A stretch of DNA of 64,000 nucleotides from Octopus sinensis (GCF_006345805.1 NC_043016.1:5456001-5520000), one strand, 5' to 3'. Shown: positions 26,583 to 41,959, counted from the first letter of the stretch. Notes: generated from the sequence alone by a model not told the origin. Numbers and translations: made by a program.

Positions 26583-27412
26583 TGCAGGTGGGACGGGTTA
26601 GCGGACGCGGAATTTTTTCGCTTGAGTATTCCGGACCCCAGTAACGAACTCATTTGCATACAGCCAATCAGAGCTCACCTTGAAAATCCACATACTGTGT
26701 ACTGCTACAGTACAGCCAGTCAGGCATAGAATGGTGTATGTCACTCTGTGAGTACAGCCTAGCAGGTTTCACATAAGCGCCACAACCCCTAATACCACCA
26801 CCACCTTATAGATCAATTGAGTACCATCTCTGTTTGCAGCTAACATTAGGTACCTATGCTCACATTGAGATTAGTGATACTGCATGTACGCATTGATATA
26901 AGCAAGGAGGGCGCAATACGACACAACGCCATATTGATTACGTTGTTCCCAGATCAACACCAACATTTTAAATTAGGAATGTACAAAATCAGTCAAAAAA
27001 CTAGGAAACTACACACGTTTACATTTTCTAGTAAAATACGCAAATTGGCAACACTTATGGCATCATCGGTGAGCAGCTCTCCATTCACTTTATACACTAA
27101 ATTTCACATTTGTTACCTCTATTAACCCGTTTAGAACTGTTAGGTTTTGCTATGACGCACATTTTCCCCTGAACTCAACCTGAGTATTTTTGTGACTAGG
27201 TAGACACTAGATCGATAGTTGAGTTCTGATTGGTTGTATACAAATGAGTTCAAAACTGGTGTCCGGAACTCTCGTGGGAAAAGAATTTCGCTACTGGAAC
27301 GTGGTAATGGGACGGGGTTAGCGGGGCGGGGTTATCCCCTTTACATTAGTTCCGGCCATAGCTCGACAATTCTACTCCTTGTAATATTACCATATACCTC
27401 GTCCCACCTGCA
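26583..27412. mobile_element. Putative non-autonomous foldback/MITE-like element
   Basis: Perfect 13-bp terminal inverted repeat TGCAGGTGGGACG / CGTCCCACCTGCA, plus about 70-bp imperfect subterminal inverted arms (26607-26676 vs 27221-27291). No convincing ORF. Confidence 0.6.
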
Positions 27413-27692
27413 GCTCAGGCAATTATTTTTTGTTTACAAAACCAAATTACCGAGACAAATTTCTTCCTTCAGCCATTTGAGTTTGACGAGTTATACTGCT
27501 AGCGCTTTATAGGTGTGAAACCAATGATCTCTCTATTACCGGCCAAAATCTTATAGACGGTTCTTCGGGCTCTAACGACCATAGCGTCTTTCTATCTCCA
27601 TTTTGAAAAAAGGTTATATGCCTGACGAATTATATGACAGGCCATATAATTAACTTCCTATAAAATATAAATGTGTGTGTGTGCTGTGTGTA

Positions 27693-27724
<32 letters not shown>

Positions 27725-27999
27725 CTTGTGTGTGTGTGCTTGTGTGTGTGTGTATGTGTGTGTGTGTAGCTGAAATTTATAGAAAAACAAAAGATGAAGA
27801 CAGATGTATGAACAACAAGCAGATGTATTAGTTTGACGCTCGGGAAAATGAAAGTCTTTTACGTTTCGAGCCTAGGCTCTTCAACACAAAGGACTAAGAG
27901 AAAATAAACTGAGAGAGAATGAAGAAAACTTGTAGATTTAGCGGTCAAGCATGTATGTATGCATATATAAACATATCGCCCACCAGATGCTCCAAATCA

Positions 28000-29850
28000 C
28001 ACATCCAAGTTTGAAGATTACCTCACAAACACAGGAGAATTTCTTACAAAATTGGAGCAACACACACATGAATGTATTGCTTTTGGGTGGCTTCAGCTTC
28101 ATCCATGTGGGACGGCCCTAGAATCTAAAGTTCTCAGGAATGACACACTGGCGACAAGCACAAGTGGAAACCCTGCTCAACTTTACCAATGCTTCAATCA
28201 ACCAAGGCAAATAATATACTGGATTCCTGCTTCACAAACAATAGGGACATCATCCATAATCTGAAAGTGACATCGACACAACATAATAGCGCTATGTAAT
28301 GGACCAAAAGCTCATGCAGACATACAGCCTATATGAAGCACCCGAAATATCTCTTGCCTAAACGTTCATAAAGCTAACTGGAAATCGATTGGGAAAAGGA
28401 TCCTCAAACAAGATTGACCTAAATGTCTCTCCACACCAGAGATTGACATGAAACCCAAACATTTCATGTCCGCAATGCAAGCATATGTGAAACATCTGTC
28501 CCAGAGCACACTAAAACAAGATCCCTAGGGAGAGAAAAATTCTCATGAGAAAATGGACAAAGATTGCAGCCCGTCTGAGCAAACATCTCAAAAGTAGTGA
28601 AAAGTCCCTCCTGAAAAGAACGCTGCTGAAGACTGAGAAAAGCCTGCATCAATACCAAGAAAAGATAAATCAGGCAAGCAGGCCTCAGTTATAGAAAATA
28701 TTCTTTAACTTTGCCAAAGAAACGGCGTCAGTGGGCAATACCCTACAAGATAGGCCTCCTCTCCCAAAATGATGGCTCTCTCACAGGAAGCCCAATGAGG
28801 AGAAGTAAAATATTGAATGAAGAGTTCAAAAGTGTGCTCACTTTCCCTGTGGGACACAGGCAAGTGAACACATCAGCAGATTTTTTTGCCACTTCATCTT
28901 TAGCTAAAGAGGCGATAATAACTGTTTACATCAACATTAAGGATGAAGACGCAAACACAGCTGCTGGACCTGATGGATTTTCTCAAATCATGCAAACGAG
29001 TCCTTGCAAAACCACTGCAGCTTCTTTTTCAGAGCTTCTTTCCAAGTAGTAAGCTTCCAGGCAATTTGAAGGAGAGGATAACATGCGCTATCCACAAAGG
29101 AGGAAGCTGAGCAGATGATAAAATTTATACATCTGTCTCTCTGATCTTACACATCAGCAAATTCCTCAAACGAATAGTCCGCAGGAAACTAATTGCATTC
29201 CTTGAAGAGTTAGACTTGCTGACTAACACCCAGCATAGTTTCCGATCGGGTAGAAGCTGCTTGACACAGCTCTTACAGCACTACGACTGGGTGTTAAAGC
29301 AGCTACTCAAGAACTCAAATGTTGACGCGATATATCTCGACTTTGCAAAAGCCTTAGATAAAGTCGACCATGGTATGATAAGTCACAAACTGTGTGATCT
29401 CGGCATAGTCGAAAAACTTTCTAAAAGATAGAAGTCAAGTAGTGGTAGCCAATGGAGCCAATGGAACCAATGAAAACACAAATAGAGAAAGGTGATCCAA
29501 AGGGCACTATCTTTGAATCATCGCTTTTCATAATATCAGCTACTCAGATAACCCCCCCACCCTTGTTAGCAATGCAGATGACACAGAAGTCTTTCAGAGG
29601 ATTCAGAACCCTGGAAATATTGCGTATCTACAACCTGAGTTGGTCGCAAAATACAGGAGAGCTGAGGATAATATCCTAGAAGGACTTCTACCAAACTTTG
29701 GCATTGAAAGTAACACAAACAGCAGAACGGGATGCCACTGAACAGTACCAAGGATTTCAACATCGTCTTCAAAATATAGGACCCGACACTACAACAGCTT
29801 GGCTTTCAAAATGCCTGAGTACTGCATAGTGGGATATAGGTGTCTTCAAA
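28000..29850 (+). mobile_element. CR1/L2-group LINE remnant (EN C-terminus + RT), heavily decayed
   Basis: LLGGFSF (LxGDFN-like); AAGPDGF; QHSFRSGRSCLTQLLQHYD...DAIYLDFAKALDKVDHG. Confidence 0.8.
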
Positions 29851-29866
29851 GGAACGCTCTTTAACT

Positions 29867-30218
29867 CTCTTACTAGTTTCACCTCGAAAGCTGCGGTCAT
29901 GCTAGAGAACAACCGCTGGCATTCCTACAACTTCATTATTTGAAACCTCCTCTGATATGTAGCATTTGGAAATGTGGGAGTTTGATGCTCCTCTCCTCAA
30001 CTCTGTGTTTTCTGCCGTGAGGTATGCTCACTTGGAACCTCTGACAAAAGAGCACGAGATCTCTTTCTGTTAGACGTTCCGGTAAGAAACACAGCTGAGG
30101 GTAGTAACTCTCTCATTACCAAATCTACATATCAGAAGTTTCAAATAATGAAGTTGCAGGAATGCCAGCGGTTATACTCTAGCATGACCGTAGCTATCGA
30201 ACTGAGCTAGTACAAGAG
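29867..30218. repeat. About 105-bp inverted repeat with about 140-bp spacer
   Basis: 29867-29974 is the reverse complement of 30114-30218 with scattered mismatches, sharing blocks such as CGGTCATGCTAGAG and CAACTTCATTATTTGAAAC. Confidence 0.85.
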
Positions 30219-30224
30219 TTAGAG

Positions 30225-30281
<57 letters not shown>

Positions 30282-30293
30282 TATGTATATATA

Positions 30294-32339
<2,046 letters not shown>

Positions 32340-32354
32340 ATATATATATAGATC

Positions 32355-32470
<116 letters not shown>

Positions 32471-32522
32471 TACATATACATATACATATTTTGTATATAT
32501 GTGTGTGTGTCGTTTATTGATA

Positions 32523-34091
32523 TCTCTATATATATAAAACTGAGAATGTCTGTCTGTTCGTCTGACAGTGTGTTTCCCTAAAACTTGAGAACTACACAAC
32601 CAATTTCATTCAAATTTTACACATGCCTTACTTAGGGTCCATCTAGTTTCATTGGCAAAAAAAATGTTCGACTTCTTGCCTAGAGCGAGCCCATGGCAAT
32701 ATCATATGTTCTCCACTATTTCAGTATTACGTGTTAAAAGTGAAACAAAAACATTTCTCTATTTTATGTCAAATACTTTCACTTTAACAATAAAAATAAT
32801 AATAACAATTGAATTATATGTAGTAAGTAATAATTAAAATCAAACTAAAGTATAATATAATCGTAACATAACAAAAGTATAAAAAAAGCAATTGTTATAA
32901 AATTGCATCAATGACTTGAACTTGAATAAGTGGTTTCACATGAATGGGAATAATAATTAAAAATAAAATTAGCGTGCAGAAATGAAATAGTCCAGATGGA
33001 GCTGTGCTTTTACATTAGATTATCTGCTAATTAGCTAGCATTAAGTATCTATATGAAGTTTGGCTGTATGAAATGTCTGTTTTCTCGAACAGCCGGTTCT
33101 ACTGAGTACTGCTGTTGGTTTATTTCTTATACATAAAGGACTATAGCTTCAACTGCGCACTGCTTTTTGATTCGTCGTAAGGTTTGTTATTATTATTACT
33201 GTTTAACTATTGTTATCACGTTTGTTGGTTCCTCGTAAAGGAAACATTGTTGTGTTGCATTTGTTAAATAATTGTAAACTGTAACCCTCCCCCTTTGGGA
33301 GAGAAAGCTTTGGTTATTGTTTAAAAATTGAATTGTGTCCCTGTTTGGAGAAATTGACAATATTTTCACCGTTTACACGGAAGCATTTTTGTTAAAATCC
33401 CTTCGATAGAAGAAAGTCCAAAAATGAATTTCGCTGCAGCCGTCGGCGGGCGCGATCTCATTGAAATTAAAATGGAAGAAATACGGATTGATCACCGACA
33501 AAGACGGTGAATCTAGGATAACACCACCAAACGAAATAAAAAATTAAATTAAAGAAAAGACTATTGTCTATAAAGTATACAATATAGAGAAAAAAAAGAT
33601 TTGAACACCTGGAGGAAAGCACCATCGAAAAATGTATTGGTGCGACTATGAAAGATATCGAACCAGAGGCGGTAAATTCGCCACAATAGAAGCAAGGTTC
33701 GAGTCAACAGAGCGTGCAAGGGAGTACTCTACTCGAACCTTGCAAAGTGGAAATATTTTATTTTTTACCTTTATATCTGGGACGTAGGACGTCCCGGATG
33801 AAAATTTAAAATGCCTCCCCAGAAGTAGAGGTTGGCTTGATTGTAGCCACACTTCTATACAACAGAGAGGACAAGATACAATTGATCGAAATTGCAAAAG
33901 ACGGGCCTACAATTCCAGTCTGTTATATATTTTGAGTATTGTATCACTAACGATATCAAGATATAAACTTTGTATTTTGTATTTTATGTGTAGATGTATA
34001 TATATAGATGTACATATAATATGTACACTATATATACACATATATACATGCACTAGCACTATGACCCGGCAACGACGGGTCATAATGCTAG
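32523..34091 (+). mobile_element. Helitron-like non-autonomous element
   Basis: 5' A|TCTCTATATATATAAAACTGAGAATGTCTGTCTG...AACTACACAACCAATTT (resembles Lep1-type Helitron 5' ends). 3' GC hairpin GACCCG-GCAACGA-CGGGTC followed by CTAG|T. Linking the two ends into one element is inferred. Confidence 0.55.
33420..33910 (+). pseudogene. Fragment of a Tx1/L1 ORF1
   Basis: KFATIEARFESTERAREYSTRTLQSGNIL / LPLYLGRRTSRMKI*NASPEVEVGLIVATLLY aligns by eye with AVVRFPNQEVAKAHSTESLQNDEIIIVPYYKGQRVSRISIKNLPPEIPNKWITGAICY from ORF1 at 8372-8671. Confidence 0.55.
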
Positions 34092-35644
34092 TAGATATAT
34101 ATATATATATAGATATATATATATATATAATATATATATATACAAGATAAGAAAATGGAGAAATACATCTAAATCGAATATCAATACCAGATAATACTCA
34201 ATCACATACTTTATTAACCACCACATAAGAGACTGTAGGGTTAGATATAAAAAGCAGAACAAATCAGTGTACATAAAGGAATGTACATAAAAAAGTGTAC
34301 ATAAAAAAGTAATGTTGTATAATAAGTAGAATATATATAAAGGAGAATATAAATTAAGTAAATTAAATATAAGTATAGATACATATTGCAGCTGTTTCGG
34401 CCATGTAGATAAGTATGTCTCATTTTACCAATATTAGCCATTTATGGTTGGTCAATATATAGATATAAATGAGACATTTACAAAAATATCATAAGGCCTC
34501 TTCGGAGATTATGTAATATAAATCAGTCTACATATATACCCACATGGGGGTGGGGTGCATACCCATAATACAACATATACATATGAGTGCATATACTCAC
34601 ACTCTTATACATATAAAAATATACATATACATAATGATATAAGTAAATAATATAAATTAGTAAAAATATATATGTGTTCTACATCCAATGTCTCAGTTTT
34701 TCGACTCAATATTGTGATAATAAAATTACACAAATTAGTACCTAGATGCAAATATACATAGTCAATAGTACATTATATTGCTTCATACTAATTTCTAAAG
34801 TGTCATTAAAGTTAGCATCATTATCGTTGTCAATATCATTGTTATCATTATTATCATTCATAATATTATTAATAACGCTTACATTAGGATCAAGAGCGGT
34901 ATATATTTATGTCCGGGTTCCAGTTGGTAATTTTCCTTATGACATAAATACACTATTGGATTTGAATTTAAAATTATCATTATCTTCCTCACGGTTGGTC
35001 AATTGAGAGCCGCCCGACCTCCACCACACCGTACAAGCAAAACATACACATCCACATCTAACCCTAAACCCCCAAATCCACACAGAGACTCACACACACA
35101 TGCACACACACATGAATACACCCCTACACCTCTCTACACATATGCTAAGTTGCACAGTGCATGTCTGTCATCACATGGCTTATAGACAAATCAGTACAAG
35201 CAGCAGTGTCTAACACTAACACACACACTCACACGTACATCCGCATATACGCATAAATATTAATACACTTTCCTATACTGTGTCAGGGAACTTTCGCACA
35301 CACACATATATATATATTTAAATATATATCTGCGCACTCATACGTACAAATAAAACCTTTATTTATATCCACCCATGAATAAATATTCGCATATACATTT
35401 ATACACATCTAAGTACGCACCTGCGTGCACATATGTGTAATAAAAACTCACATCCGTACATCCACCCACTATCATACCTACATGAACAAAAAACATATAT
35501 ACGTACACATACACATTTTCACACACCTACAGAAATACTATTAATTTAGAATAAGTTTATTCATTATAAATAAAATTAATTATAGATTAGTAAGTGCCAA
35601 ATAAACAAAAAATAAATAATTAATATAAATATGAATATATAATA

Positions 35645-35687
<43 letters not shown>

Positions 35688-36520
35688 ATATATATATCCA
35701 TGTATAGATAAATAGATAAATAAAATGGAATACTAATTAAGGAGGGCACAGAGATAACGACACAAAAAACGGACGGGTCATTCGAAGCCTCTAATCTTCA
35801 GTCAGGAACCGGATCATCCTAGCAATTTCGGCTGATTAATCCTGATATCGCTCCGATCCGGCCAGCTCCAAGGAAAAACTAAGCTGCGAGCATTAGATTT
35901 CTTGGAAAAAGGATCGAATGTATACGAAACAAGAACAGAAAAACGGACGATGCCACACGAATATAAATACAAAAAACAAGAATAGTAATAACAGGACAAA
36001 AACAGCGGGCGTCTTACGACTTTAGACAGTTTAACTTATCTTAGATGGGGTATTTTGAAATAAATGCCTTTGCGACAGACGAAGAAAATGGTGTTGTCGT
36101 GGCGGCGGTCAAAGACCGAAAGGCTAGTTAACCAGCGGTTACGTGAGAGGAGAGAAGAAGAGAGAGAAAACCAGGGGGCAAAGGAATTAAAGAGAGAGAG
36201 AAAAAGAGGGACAAAGGCACCAAAGGGGGGAGAAAGAAGGAATTAAAGAGGGGAGAAGGAACAGAGCGGCCAAGGATTGGCTTGGCAACAGAATCAGTTG
36301 GTGCAAAGTGAGAAAGACAGAGAAATGTGAGAGAGTGGGGGAAGAGAGAGACCAAAGAATCAGAGGCAAGAAAAGAGAAAGACAGAGACAGTGAAGTATA
36401 GAGAAAGTGTTTGTAGAAGTCGTACAATGGTGGAATATTTACATACATAAGAGAACAAATATTATAATATAATATATATATAATATATATATATATATTA
36501 TAATATATTTAATATATATT

Positions 36521-37420
36521 TATATATATATAAAACTGAGAATGTGTGTCTGTCTGTCTGTTGTGTATTTCCCTAAAACTTGAGAACTACACAACCAATT
36601 CATTCAAATTTTACACATGCCTTACTTAATGTCCGAGGAGTGTCATCGGCAAAAAATCTTAACTTTTTCCCTAGGGCGACCCCACAGCAATATCATATCT
36701 TCTCCACTATTTCAGTATTACGTATTAAAAGTGAAACAAAAACATCTCTTTGTTGTAATGCAGACACTTTCACTTTAATACTGAAACTGTTAAAGTGAAA
36801 GTATTATATAACAGGGATCAACCATTAACAGTGGTCATCCATTTTGCTAGAAGAAGATCCTCTATGGTCTTATATGCTACACCACTGGTTTTTTCATTTA
36901 TTTACTCTTTACTCTTTACTCTTTTACTTGTTTCAGTCATTTGACTGCGGCCATGCTGGAGCACCGCCTTTAGTCGAGCAAATCGACCCCGGGACTTATT
37001 CATTGTAAGCCCAGTACTTATTCTATCGGTCTCTTTTGCCGAACCGCTAAGTAACGGGGACGTAAACACACCAGCATCGGTTGTCAAGCAATGCTAGGGG
37101 GACAAACACACACACATACACACATATACAAATATATACATATATACGACAGGCTTCTTTCAGTTTCCGTCTGCCAAATCCACTCACAAGGCATTGGTCG
37201 GCCCGGGGCTATAGCAGAAGACACTTTCCCAAGATGCCACGCAGTGGGACTGAACCCGGAACCATGTGGTTGGTTAGCAAGCTACTTACCACACAGCCAC
37301 TCCTGCGCCTATATATTAATCAAATTAATATTCAATTTTTCACCCTTATTATGTGTGTGTGTATTAGCGATTCGTATAAAATTGCATCAATGACTTGAAC
37401 TTAAATAAGTGGTTTCACAT
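36521..37420 (+). mobile_element. Second, partial copy of the Helitron-like element, interrupted by a SINE
   Basis: 36521-36790 matches 32525-32790; 37375-37410 matches 32896-32940 (TATAAAATTGCATCAATGACTTGAACTT). Confidence 0.75.
36896..37310 (-). mobile_element. tRNA-derived SINE family 1
   Basis: Same head, body and tail as 21573-22044. Confidence 0.92.
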
Positions 37421-38013
37421 ATATATAATTTATATATATATAAATTATATATAAAAAATATATATATATAATTATGACGCGAAACTCTATACTCCTTCTC
37501 TCTTTCTTTCACCCTCTTTGGCTTCCTTCCTCTCTATCTATCTCTCTCTCTCACTCCTCCTCATCTCTCTCACAGCCGGGTCGACGAACTTCCTTTTCTT
37601 GGCAGCCTTCTTCAAGTAAACATGTTTCTTCTTGCGCTCCTGAAAAAAAATTTTCCTCGTCTAGGCTTATAGGCCCTCATTATTTGTTTTCCTGTCCTGT
37701 TTCTACCCCTTCTTGTACTGTATTTTTGTAATTGTATTTTATTTTGTATTTGTTTTAATTGTATTGTTTTTACGTCCTGTTTTGTCACATTTTTTTCCTT
37801 GTTTTTACCCCTCTGCAAAGGAATTTTATTTAATTCTTTTGCAGGAAGGAAGTTCGACGAGGCGTGTTTTTCGTTTCTCGTTGAGTTCTACGTCTATTTG
37901 TGGTGTCCTGTACACACGTATATATATTTATATATGCATGTATATATACAGTAGATGTAGATACGTACATATATGTTTGTATGTATGCATATATTTTATT
38001 TATTACACTATAG

Positions 38014-38070
<57 letters not shown>

Positions 38071-39059
38071 AGGGTCCTTCTTATAACCTCAAATAATTCT
38101 CTCCACCCCACTTTTTCTTATTCCTCCTCTTTATAATTTAGTTCTTGTATAGTATATCTCTCTACACTATTACCACCTTTATATCGTATTCATATCCTTA
38201 GTATTCTCTATTTTCTCCATCTTACACGACCTGGTTATTCATATGCCATTCTAAACCCCCACTCCCACCTATGTACTATATGACCCTTTCATATTTTTAT
38301 TTTCAATTGTGAAAGCTATGCCATATATTCATATATCTTCCTCTATTACTCAATACATTTTTTAGACTAAATTTTTGACCACCACTTAAAATATACACAC
38401 ACAAATATACATTTGTTGCTTGTTGTATATTTTTCCACAATATGTACTTAAATACATATCTCTCACCTATTATAAATATTACTACTTATATTATTATTAT
38501 CATAATCAACTATAGCCGATCTATTTGTTCACCCTTTTACCTTTTTCTATTGATATACAAATACATTCTTTAATAATATTTTTTAGGTGTATACATTTTT
38601 ACCCTAATTTATCTTTACTATTTTTATATTCCTTTATTCTTTTCACCCTTCTCTCTACTTCAATTCTTCCTTTTTCTTAATCTTCTTTCTTACACTTTTT
38701 CTCTTTCTTTTTTATATAATTTGTACTTTTTTCACATATGCCTCCATATGCCCACGTACGTGTGTGTTTGTATATATTTATGTATGTATGTGCATGATGT
38801 GTATGAGTATATATATATATATAACGGGAAGCTTTATGAAAATAGACAAAAGACGAAGGCAGGTTTACGGAAATAAACAAAAGACGAAGGCGTGTGTGTG
38901 TGTGTGTGTGGTGTTGTGTGTGTGTGTGTGTGTTGTTGTGTGGTTGTGTGTGTGTTGTGTGTGTTGTTGTGTGTGTGTGTGTGTGTGTGTGTGCGTGGTG
39001 TGTACAACCCCAGAAACAGTGAGGTATTCAACACTATTACACTATTATGCAAATCTTCC

Positions 39060-39867
39060 TTTACTAACTAAAGATCCAAAATGAACGACATCTGAAAACG
39101 CAAAAAACAACACAAATCGCTAAAGAAACTACTAACAAATGTGAAGCTTTACAAAACAACCACGAAACCAACGGTTAAAAAATGTGGACGCCCAAACTGT
39201 GGAACCTGCCCCAACTTACTTGAAGGCTCGGATTTCCTTTTCAAACAAGGACAGAGGGTCACAATTAAAACTAGTTTCACTTATGCTTCTGAGAACCTAA
39301 TTTATGTAATAACCTGCTCGGGTTGCGGACACAACTATATTGGACAGACGAGTATGACCTTGAGAAGGAGAACCGTTCTTCATAAAGAGCCAATCCGTTT
39401 CCCGCAATACAGGCAAATTCCTTTCAGTGAACATATAGGAAAATGTGCAGAAAAGATGAAAGCAAATTTCACAGTCTTCCCCTTCTACCAGTGCAAAGAC
39501 ACAATCTCTCCACATGAATGTTCAAATAAAGAAACATTTTCATTGAAAAATACAGAACACATCTTAATTTTTTTTCTTTGTATGTGCATGTATATTATCC
39601 TCCTTTTACCGAAAGCTGAACAGTTATCTCCCTTGCCCACAACATCAACAATAACGATAACCAATTACCTCCCTTATTTTCTACTTGTGAAGTCATTCCC
39701 TCGTAAATATCATTACACACAACATGGACAAAAATTTCTTCTTAAGAAAATACATATTCAAATAAGTAAACCATAATATCATGAATAACGAAAGCGAAAC
39801 CGGTCGATATATAAAAATTATATTAAAACTATGTAAAGTGTGTGCATTTTCTATTTTTGAATTCATT

Positions 39868-39959
<92 letters not shown>

Positions 39960-40250
39960 ATACGGAGATGCAAGTGACCTGATCTGAGATCGTATGCTGG
40001 AACGAAAACAATTGCAGCGTGGAAGGGTTTNNNNNNNNNNNNNNNNNNNNNNNNNNNNNNNNNNNNNNNNNNNNNNNNNNNNNNNNNNNNNNNNNNNNNN
40101 NNNNNNNNNNNNNNNNNNNNNNNNNNNNNNTTAATCAGCCGAAATTGCGAAGATAATCCGGTTCTTGACGGAAGATTGAAGGCTTCGAATGTCCGTGTTT
40201 TTTTTATCGTCTTCTAAATGTTTCACGTTTTGTCCCAGGTTGTATTTTTT
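39060..40250 (+). mobile_element. Penelope-like element 3' end (Cys-rich linker + GIY-YIG endonuclease + tail)
   Basis: ORF 39141..39776: CGRPNCGTCPNL...NLIYVITCSGCGHNYIGQTSMTLRRRTVLH. The extent of the tail is approximate. Confidence 0.8.
40031..40130. other. Assembly gap (100 N)
   Basis: Run of N. Confidence 1.
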
Positions 40251-40287
40251 CCATTTACATATATATATATATATATATATATCATAT

Positions 40288-40359
<72 letters not shown>

Positions 40360-40395
40360 TGTATGTATGTATGTATGTATGTTTGTATGTATGTA

Positions 40396-40426
<31 letters not shown>

Positions 40427-40511
40427 GGGTGCGTTGGGTACAACACACACAGGGTGTGATGGTACATACATATGTATGTATGAAGCATATATATATATAT
40501 ATATATATATA

Positions 40512-40547
<36 letters not shown>

Positions 40548-40620
40548 ATATATATATAATATATATATATATAATATACATATACATATATATATACATC
40601 TATATATATACATTATATAT

Positions 40621-40952
40621 AGGCTCAGTGGTTAGAGCGTCGAGCTTACGATCGTGAGGTTGTGAGCTCGAATCCCGACCGGGCTGCGTGTTGTGTTCTC
40701 GAGCAAGGCACTTTATTTCACGTTGCTCCAGTTCACTCAGCTGTAGAAATGAGTTGCGACGTCACAGGTGCCAAGCTGTATCGACCTTTGTCTTTCCCTT
40801 GGATAACACTGGTGGCGTGGAGAGGGGAGGCTGGTATGCATGGGCGACTGCTGGTCTTCCATAAACAACCTTGCCCGGACTTGTGTCTTGGAGGGTAACT
40901 TTCTAGGTGCAATCCCATGGTCATTCATGACCGAAGGGGGTCTTCACCCTTT
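40621..40952 (+). mobile_element. tRNA-derived SINE family 2
   Basis: GGCTCAGTGGTTAGAGCG (A box), GCTCGAATCC (B-box-like), central GTGTTCTCGAGCAAGGCACTT block, tail ending in (TA)n. Confidence 0.85.
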
Positions 40953-40985
40953 ATATATATATATATACACAGACACACACACACA

Positions 40986-41476
40986 CAGGGTGCGATGGGT
41001 AAATTGTCGCCATTTTATTTTTTAATTCACACATAAGCATTGTTTGTTTTTGATTTTGTCGACAACACAATATAGTAGAGTCAGTCGGGTTCCGTCTGTG
41101 AGAAAAACAGCACGATGACGCATTTCACTCTGACAGAAATTTGGAAACGACATGCCGAACTTTTCAGAGTGTTTGGGACATTGCAATCTGAGGACATGTA
41201 CTGAGAGCGGTAAAAATAAAACATCCAGTCAACATCATGGTGTTCGAAGTGATCACTAGTGATGACGACATTATGCCTTCATTCAACTTCCCACACGAAC
41301 TCAGACTCAACACGGAGGCTTACATCAAATGCCTGGAGGAAGTAGTGCTGCTCTGGGTCAATAGGGTGGATGCTGGAAGACCCTATGTCTGAGAACAGGA
41401 CTCTGCACCATGCCACAGAAGCAGGAGAACTCAGTCATGGGTGTCAGAGAATTTTTGCGACCACATCACCCCCACA
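40986..41476 (+). mobile_element. DD37D/maT-like transposon remnant
   Basis: TIR-like start CAGGGTGCGATGGG; KHPVNIMVFEVITSDDDIMP...YIKCLEEVVL...RPYV*EQDSAPCHRSRRTQSWVSENF. Confidence 0.7.
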
Positions 41477-41789
41477 CTGCAAACGAAAATACAACATTAA
41501 CACGAAATAACTTCTGAAATACGAAATTTTGTCAAAAATGTTGAAAGTAAACCGGCTTCAGTGTGAGAAATTACAACAGAATACGAAGTTTCAAACTGTT
41601 TGATTACAAAGAAAATGATAAAAAATTCTGAGCAAAACTAAACAGATCCGTTCTGTTAAGTAGGAGCAAAGGTTACTTGCTGGATACAGTGTCATTTAAG
41701 GGAAATAACTCAAACTTTTATATGCAAAGTTACTTCCCTTGGTATTATATATCAACAGCAATTCCTTTTATTATTAGTGCTTTCATATT

Positions 41790-41928
41790 ATAAACACACA
41801 CACATACACACATACATACATTCATACATACATAAATACATACATACGTGCATACATTGTATACATATATACATGCATACATAATACATGCATACATACA
41901 TACATACATACATACATACATACATACA

Positions 41929-41959
<31 letters not shown>

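Noticed and set aside
26640-26700. Octamer + CCAAT as an snRNA or histone H2B promoter
   Set aside because: No snRNA or histone sequence nearby, and the motifs are mirrored within the inverted arms of a repeat.
35779-35810. CTGACTGAAG...CTTCGAAT as a hammerhead
   Set aside because: Both this copy and the 40160 copy deviate from CUGANGA and GAAA; too degenerate to call.
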